From positions 4,288,001-4,352,000 of the forward strand of contig OY843751.1 in assembly GCA_963693055.1 (NCBI GenBank): 64,000 bases of DNA, read 5' to 3'. A model generated the notes under the pieces. That model did no database searches. It saw only the letters and a program-made list of their open reading frames with translations, and was not told the origin of the DNA. This stretch comes from a bacterium (GTDB taxonomy: Bacteria; Zhuqueibacterota; Zhuqueibacteria; Residuimicrobiales; Krinioviventaceae). How positions within the stretch are numbered: the first letter of the stretch is position 1; the number at the start of each line of letters is the position of its first letter. Positions 59,538 to 64,000 of the stretch are shown here, one piece after another. A program made the translations under genes and the position numbers.

Positions 59538-62500
59538 ATGTACTGGAAACGATTGCTTAAAGGGGCAATTTTAATCATGTTAATTGGTTCAAACAGTCAC
59601 TCACAAACCCTGCAAAACAGTATAACCCAATGGCTGGTGCTCGGTTCTTTTAAAACAGACACCTTGCACACAGCATTACAAACTCCATTCTTACAAAATG
59701 AAGCGAATTTACAGCCCGTAAAAGGCGAAACAGCGCTTCCATCTTCATTTCAGTGGCAAGCGATTGAAACGCTTCCCTCAGGAATCATTGATTTTAGCGA
59801 ATTCCACTTTCCCGCGCAAACCCAAAGTATCGCTTATGCAGCAACCTATATTTACTCACAAAATGAAAAAAATATTGTGCTGGCTATTGGCAGTAATGAT
59901 GCATATGCTTTTTGGCTAAATAAAACACGCGTTCACGAAAATTTTGTTTTTCGGACCCTTCTCAAAGGCGAAGACAATATTACCGTTAGACTATCGTCGG
60001 GATGGAACCGTCTCCTGTTCAAAGTCCTCAATGATGGTGGCGGCTGGGGGCTGAGTGTAGATCTGGAAGACACTGAAGGCAATGTGATAACAGACCTACA
60101 ATGCACCAACGAAAAACCGGAATCGGTTAATATGGAAGCCGCGTCTCCCTTTGCTTATATCGATCATTACGAATTTGGCCCCAGTTATATGGACAATGGT
60201 AAACGTTATTACCCACTCAATGTTACAATACGGAATTTGGGGAAATTGGGAGATCATTCGGGTAGAGCTACAGTAGATACTCGCAGAAGCCGGTTCCAGA
60301 GCAAATCGTTCAAACTCGACACGGTTACAACCTTGTCTTACAATTTCAGTTCCAGAGATTTGTGGAACAAACTTAACAAACCTTGTGGTATTCGAATTGT
60401 TATGAATGGGAAAATGAATGATACTGAAATTTTTACCATAGAACCCGAAATGATCTTTACCAGTCTGTTCAAGGGAGATGAATTACCGGAGGAAATTTTA
60501 CCGTTTAAACCTCTGTTTGCGGATTTTAAGGAAAACCTGTTTTGGTATAAAACCTTTACAGGCCAACCTTTTTCATATCAACCCAGCGATCTGGCAGATT
60601 GCGTGGACCATGCGTTGCATAACGAGTGGGGTCCCTTTGTACAGATGCTGAATACCCTCTTTGTTGATGTCATCAACTTGTCCCACATCATCAAACAGGA
60701 TACCCTGCACATGATCGGTCAGTCACATATCGATATGGCGTGGGTATGGCAATGGCCAGAAACCATAGATGTTTGCCGACGTACTTATGCATCCGCAATC
60801 AATTTTATTGATGAATACCCGGATTTTCAATACATCCAAAGTCAGGCTATTAGCTTTATGTGGATGGAAGAAAAATATCCCGATCTGTTTGCAAAAATAC
60901 AGCAAGCTGTTAAAGAAAACCGGTTCCATCTTGTTGGTGGAATGTGGGTAGAACCCGATCTTAATCTGGCCGGCGGTGAAGCACTCATTCGCCAAATTCT
61001 CTATGGCAAACGCTATTTCAGAGAAAAATTTGGTGTGGATTGTATTACCGGGTATACTCCCGACACGTTTGGTTATACCTGGACCCTGCCTCAAATTCTG
61101 GCAAAATCAGGATTCCAGTATTTTGTTACAACAAAGATCCGTTGGAACGACACGACCCATTTCCCGCATAGTATTTTTCGCTGGATATCACCGGATGGCT
61201 CTTCTATTCTGACGTGCTTGCCAAATGGATTAAATATCGCCAACAAGCCCGAAGAATTGGCAGAAAAAATGCTGGAATACAAATCCGAAGGGTATAACAA
61301 TGTACCGGTTCTGTATGGTGTAGGCGACCACGGCGGCGGTCCTACCCGTCAGCATTTTGAACGCATCAAAAAAATGCAGAATACCAGCGTTTTCCCGGCA
61401 TTGGCGCACGATGATCTGGATAGCTATATGCAACAAATCGATCATAAATACCCGGACGCACCAAAGTATGAAAATGAATTGTATCTGGAATATCATCGCG
61501 GAACGTTGACCACCCAGGGCCGTGTAAAAAAACAAAATCGCCAGGCAGAAATCGCTCTTGAAGAATCTGAAAAACTCGCTGTTTTTTCAGGTATACCCTG
61601 GCCTCAAGACTCGCTCGAAACAGCCTGGAAACTGGCCCTGTTTAACCAGTTCCACGACATTCTCCCCGGCTCAAGCATTCCCGAGGTTTATGATGATGCG
61701 GACAAGGATTATTTACGCGTCAACACGCTGACCAAAGATATTATAAACAATTCAATGCAGGCAATCACCAAAGACATTGATTTGGATGAAAAAGATACCC
61801 CTGTGGTTGTTTTCAACACCCTGAACTGGCAGCGAAGCGGTCTGGTTTCTGTCAATCTGCCCCAGGACCTGAGCATCAAAGAAGTTAAAGACGATAATGA
61901 TGAAAAAATGCCTTATCAGCAAACGGATATCAGCCTGCAGTTCATTGCCAGGGATGTACCCGCTAACGGTTACAAAACCTATTGGCTCCGAAAAGGCAAA
62001 TACAAACATCACGATGAGATCAAAGTTGGGCCTACCTTTCTTGAAAATGAATTTGTACGTGTAGAAATTGATGCCCAGAACGGCAACATTTCCAAATTAT
62101 TTGACAAAGTGAACAATCAGGAAATCCTTGCCGAAGGACAGCAGGGCAATATCCTCCAATTCTTTGAAGATAAACCGGACAACTATGATGCATGGAATAT
62201 AGGCTACACCGGTGAAATGCAGGAATGCTCACAGGTAAGCAGCATCATCATCAAAGAAAAAGGCCCGGCCCGCGCTATTCTCAGTGTTGTAAGAGAGTAT
62301 AACAAATCAGTGTTTACACAGGACTATACCCTCTATGCCGACAGCCCCCGCCTCGATATTGTAACCCAGGCAGACTGGCACGAACATCACATTCTGGCTA
62401 AAGCGGCTTTTCCGGTAAATGTACAATCAGACAAGGCAACGTTCGACATCGCCTACGGCAGCATAGAGCGCACAACAAATCCGCAAACCCCGGCTGAAAA

Positions 62501-63092
62501 AGCCAAGTGGGAAGTTGCCGCACACAAATACGCAGACCTGTCTGACGACAATTACGGCGTTTCTCTCATGAACGATTGTAAATATGGTTACGATGTTAAA
62601 GACAATGTTATGCGCCTCACCCTGCTGCGTTCCCCCCTAACTCCGGATCCCATCAGCAAACCCATTGGATACGAGAATCCCTATGCTGATCAGGGACTTC
62701 ACGAGTTTACCTATTCCATCTATCCTCACAAGGGAAACTGCAAAACTGCCAACAGTGTCCGCAAGGCATACGAACTCAATATGCCTTTAAAAGCGGTTGT
62801 AATGGAAAAACAGGATGGTCAGGCACCCCGTCAAAACAGCTATCTGAGCGTAAACAAGGAAAACCTGATAATAACCGCAGTCAAACGCGCGGAAGACTCG
62901 GACGCGCTCATCATCCGGCTTTACGAAACCCACGGCTGGCCTGTTGAAGCGAAAATCACACTCGCAGTGCCATTCACCAAAGCATGGACTGGCGATTTGA
63001 TGGAAAACAAACTGGAAAGTCTGGCAGTAAACGGCAAGACAGTAACTTTTTCAGCAGGCAAATATGAAATAGTAACCCTGATTTTGGAATAA
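59538..63092 (+). CDS. Secreted GH38 alpha-mannosidase with N-terminal accessory domain
   Basis: GGAGG RBS at MYWKR, SHIDMAWVW, PDTFGY, GVGDHGGG, ELYLEYHRG, NQFHDILPGS and LLRSP. Confidence 0.92.
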   Translation: MYWKRLLKGAILIMLIGSNSHSQTLQNSITQWLVLGSFKTDTLHTALQTPFLQNEANLQPVKGETALPSSFQWQAIETLPSGIIDFSEFHFPAQTQSIAYAATYIYSQNEKNIVLAIGSNDAYAFWLNKTRVHENFVFRTLLKGEDNITVRLSSGWNRLLFKVLNDGGGWGLSVDLEDTEGNVITDLQCTNEKPESVNMEAASPFAYIDHYEFGPSYMDNGKRYYPLNVTIRNLGKLGDHSGRATVDTRRSRFQSKSFKLDTVTTLSYNFSSRDLWNKLNKPCGIRIVMNGKMNDTEIFTIEPEMIFTSLFKGDELPEEILPFKPLFADFKENLFWYKTFTGQPFSYQPSDLADCVDHALHNEWGPFVQMLNTLFVDVINLSHIIKQDTLHMIGQSHIDMAWVWQWPETIDVCRRTYASAINFIDEYPDFQYIQSQAISFMWMEEKYPDLFAKIQQAVKENRFHLVGGMWVEPDLNLAGGEALIRQILYGKRYFREKFGVDCITGYTPDTFGYTWTLPQILAKSGFQYFVTTKIRWNDTTHFPHSIFRWISPDGSSILTCLPNGLNIANKPEELAEKMLEYKSEGYNNVPVLYGVGDHGGGPTRQHFERIKKMQNTSVFPALAHDDLDSYMQQIDHKYPDAPKYENELYLEYHRGTLTTQGRVKKQNRQAEIALEESEKLAVFSGIPWPQDSLETAWKLALFNQFHDILPGSSIPEVYDDADKDYLRVNTLTKDIINNSMQAITKDIDLDEKDTPVVVFNTLNWQRSGLVSVNLPQDLSIKEVKDDNDEKMPYQQTDISLQFIARDVPANGYKTYWLRKGKYKHHDEIKVGPTFLENEFVRVEIDAQNGNISKLFDKVNNQEILAEGQQGNILQFFEDKPDNYDAWNIGYTGEMQECSQVSSIIIKEKGPARAILSVVREYNKSVFTQDYTLYADSPRLDIVTQADWHEHHILAKAAFPVNVQSDKATFDIAYGSIERTTNPQTPAEKAKWEVAAHKYADLSDDNYGVSLMNDCKYGYDVKDNVMRLTLLRSPLTPDPISKPIGYENPYADQGLHEFTYSIYPHKGNCKTANSVRKAYELNMPLKAVVMEKQDGQAPRQNSYLSVNKENLIITAVKRAEDSDALIIRLYETHGWPVEAKITLAVPFTKAWTGDLMENKLESLAVNGKTVTFSAGKYEIVTLILE

Positions 63093-63100
63093 AGACAAAT

Positions 63101-63304
63101 GGCACCCTGCCCGGGGGACCTTGACCCGGGCAGGATAGCCCTGGTCCGCGGGTAGCCCCTAACCGCGGAACAAGGTTTGAGGCTGCGGCCGATATGGATA
63201 TTTACACTTGGCCCAATGAAACCTGCGCGTATCACGGACCTTTCCACATACCGGTCAAATCAGACCGGTTATACAAAATACCCGCCAGATGGGTAGCACT
63301 GGCG
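63101..63304. other. GC-rich multi-hairpin intergenic structure
   Basis: Four stems at 63104-63136, 63139-63175, 63250-63269 and 63283-63304, with no U-tract. Confidence 0.45.
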
Positions 63305-63351
63305 AATATGAATGGTATAAAGCCCAACCCTGCATCAATCCCGCAAATCTG

Positions 63352-63822
63352 TTACAAACCGGCATCTGCCATGGCCGGCTTTGAAACCAGTTCCCATGTT
63401 TCTTTCAGATACCCTTCTGTTCTCTCTGATGCCTCAATTTCAATGGTCCACTGGTCTTCAACAATCTCGCTTTTAAATGTCAAATGCGTGCCCACTCGAG
63501 CCGGCGAGCTTGAAGCCTCGTAATACTCGGTATACGTACCTTCACCCAACGTATACGTGCCCACAGCGGCAAAGAACTGGGAATCGGGATTCGCCTTGTA
63601 CATCTCAATGACGGCAAAGTGCTCACCGCTCATGAGTTTGTAACAAATACGCTCCTCCCCGTCAATGGTACCGCTGATCTCTCCACTGGCATACTGGGCT
63701 TCAACCATTCTCCACGTACCGCAAAGAGGTCCCTTTAAAATCACTTCTCCCGGTTTGGGCTGGCAGGACATAAACAGCAAGATCATTAAAACCACGGAAA
63801 CGGTGCCATACATACCACGCAT
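63352..63822 (-). CDS. Lipoprotein, lipocalin-like (DUF4488-like)
   Basis: GGAGG RBS, lipobox FMSC, GTWRM, GTYTL..YTE and ETW motifs. Confidence 0.65.
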   Translation of the reverse strand: MRGMYGTVSVVLMILLFMSCQPKPGEVILKGPLCGTWRMVEAQYASGEISGTIDGEERICYKLMSGEHFAVIEMYKANPDSQFFAAVGTYTLGEGTYTEYYEASSSPARVGTHLTFKSEIVEDQWTIEIEASERTEGYLKETWELVSKPAMADAGL

Positions 63823-64000
63823 ACACACCTCCTGGTGTTTTGTGAAAAAACACAATAATGAATTAATGGAAATTTCCGTCCCGTTCCGGCAGGTTTGCGC
63901 CCAACATTCTGCGGATGGATGAGGTTCTTAAATTTGTAACAAAAATTTTGAGGAAAAGATTTCGGGGAAAGTGGAAGAATTATCGTTCAAAAAGGAAGTG

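Noticed and set aside
63194-63523. 109-aa plus-strand ORF
   Set aside because: It overlaps the lipoprotein gene antisense and has no RBS or motifs.

Overview
This is a gene-dense bacterial chromosomal window of moderate GC with no tRNA, rRNA, CRISPR array or intact transposase detected. FlgD-type YPNPFNP/HPNPF C-terminal sorting domains and a C25 plus PorV pair suggest an FCB-superphylum organism such as KSB1 or Calditrichota (inference). From left to right it holds: (1) a large secreted multi-Ig protein and a beta-barrel; (2) a compact minus-strand run joining polysaccharide genes to a stand-alone HisKA microprotein, a PorU-like C25 peptidase and PorV; (3) GT2, alr, a metalloprotease-propeller-Omp85 protein and pfk; (4) a nested REP/MITE cluster bordering an accessory block; (5) hldE with a degenerate kinase, then tilS-hpt-ftsH-folP-cdaA and dnaG; (6) an unannotated three-gene module of secreted pre-pro-peptide, polytopic membrane protein and degenerate enhancer-binding protein, the best candidate for a new peptide-signalling system; (7) trpB2 with a clear Trp attenuator; (8) an AT-rich nuclease islet; (9) a DUF1611-dehydrogenase-Nramp-S8-TIGR03546/45 operon; (10) YitT and a GH38 mannosidase. 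All family calls are from motif recognition only; no searches were run.
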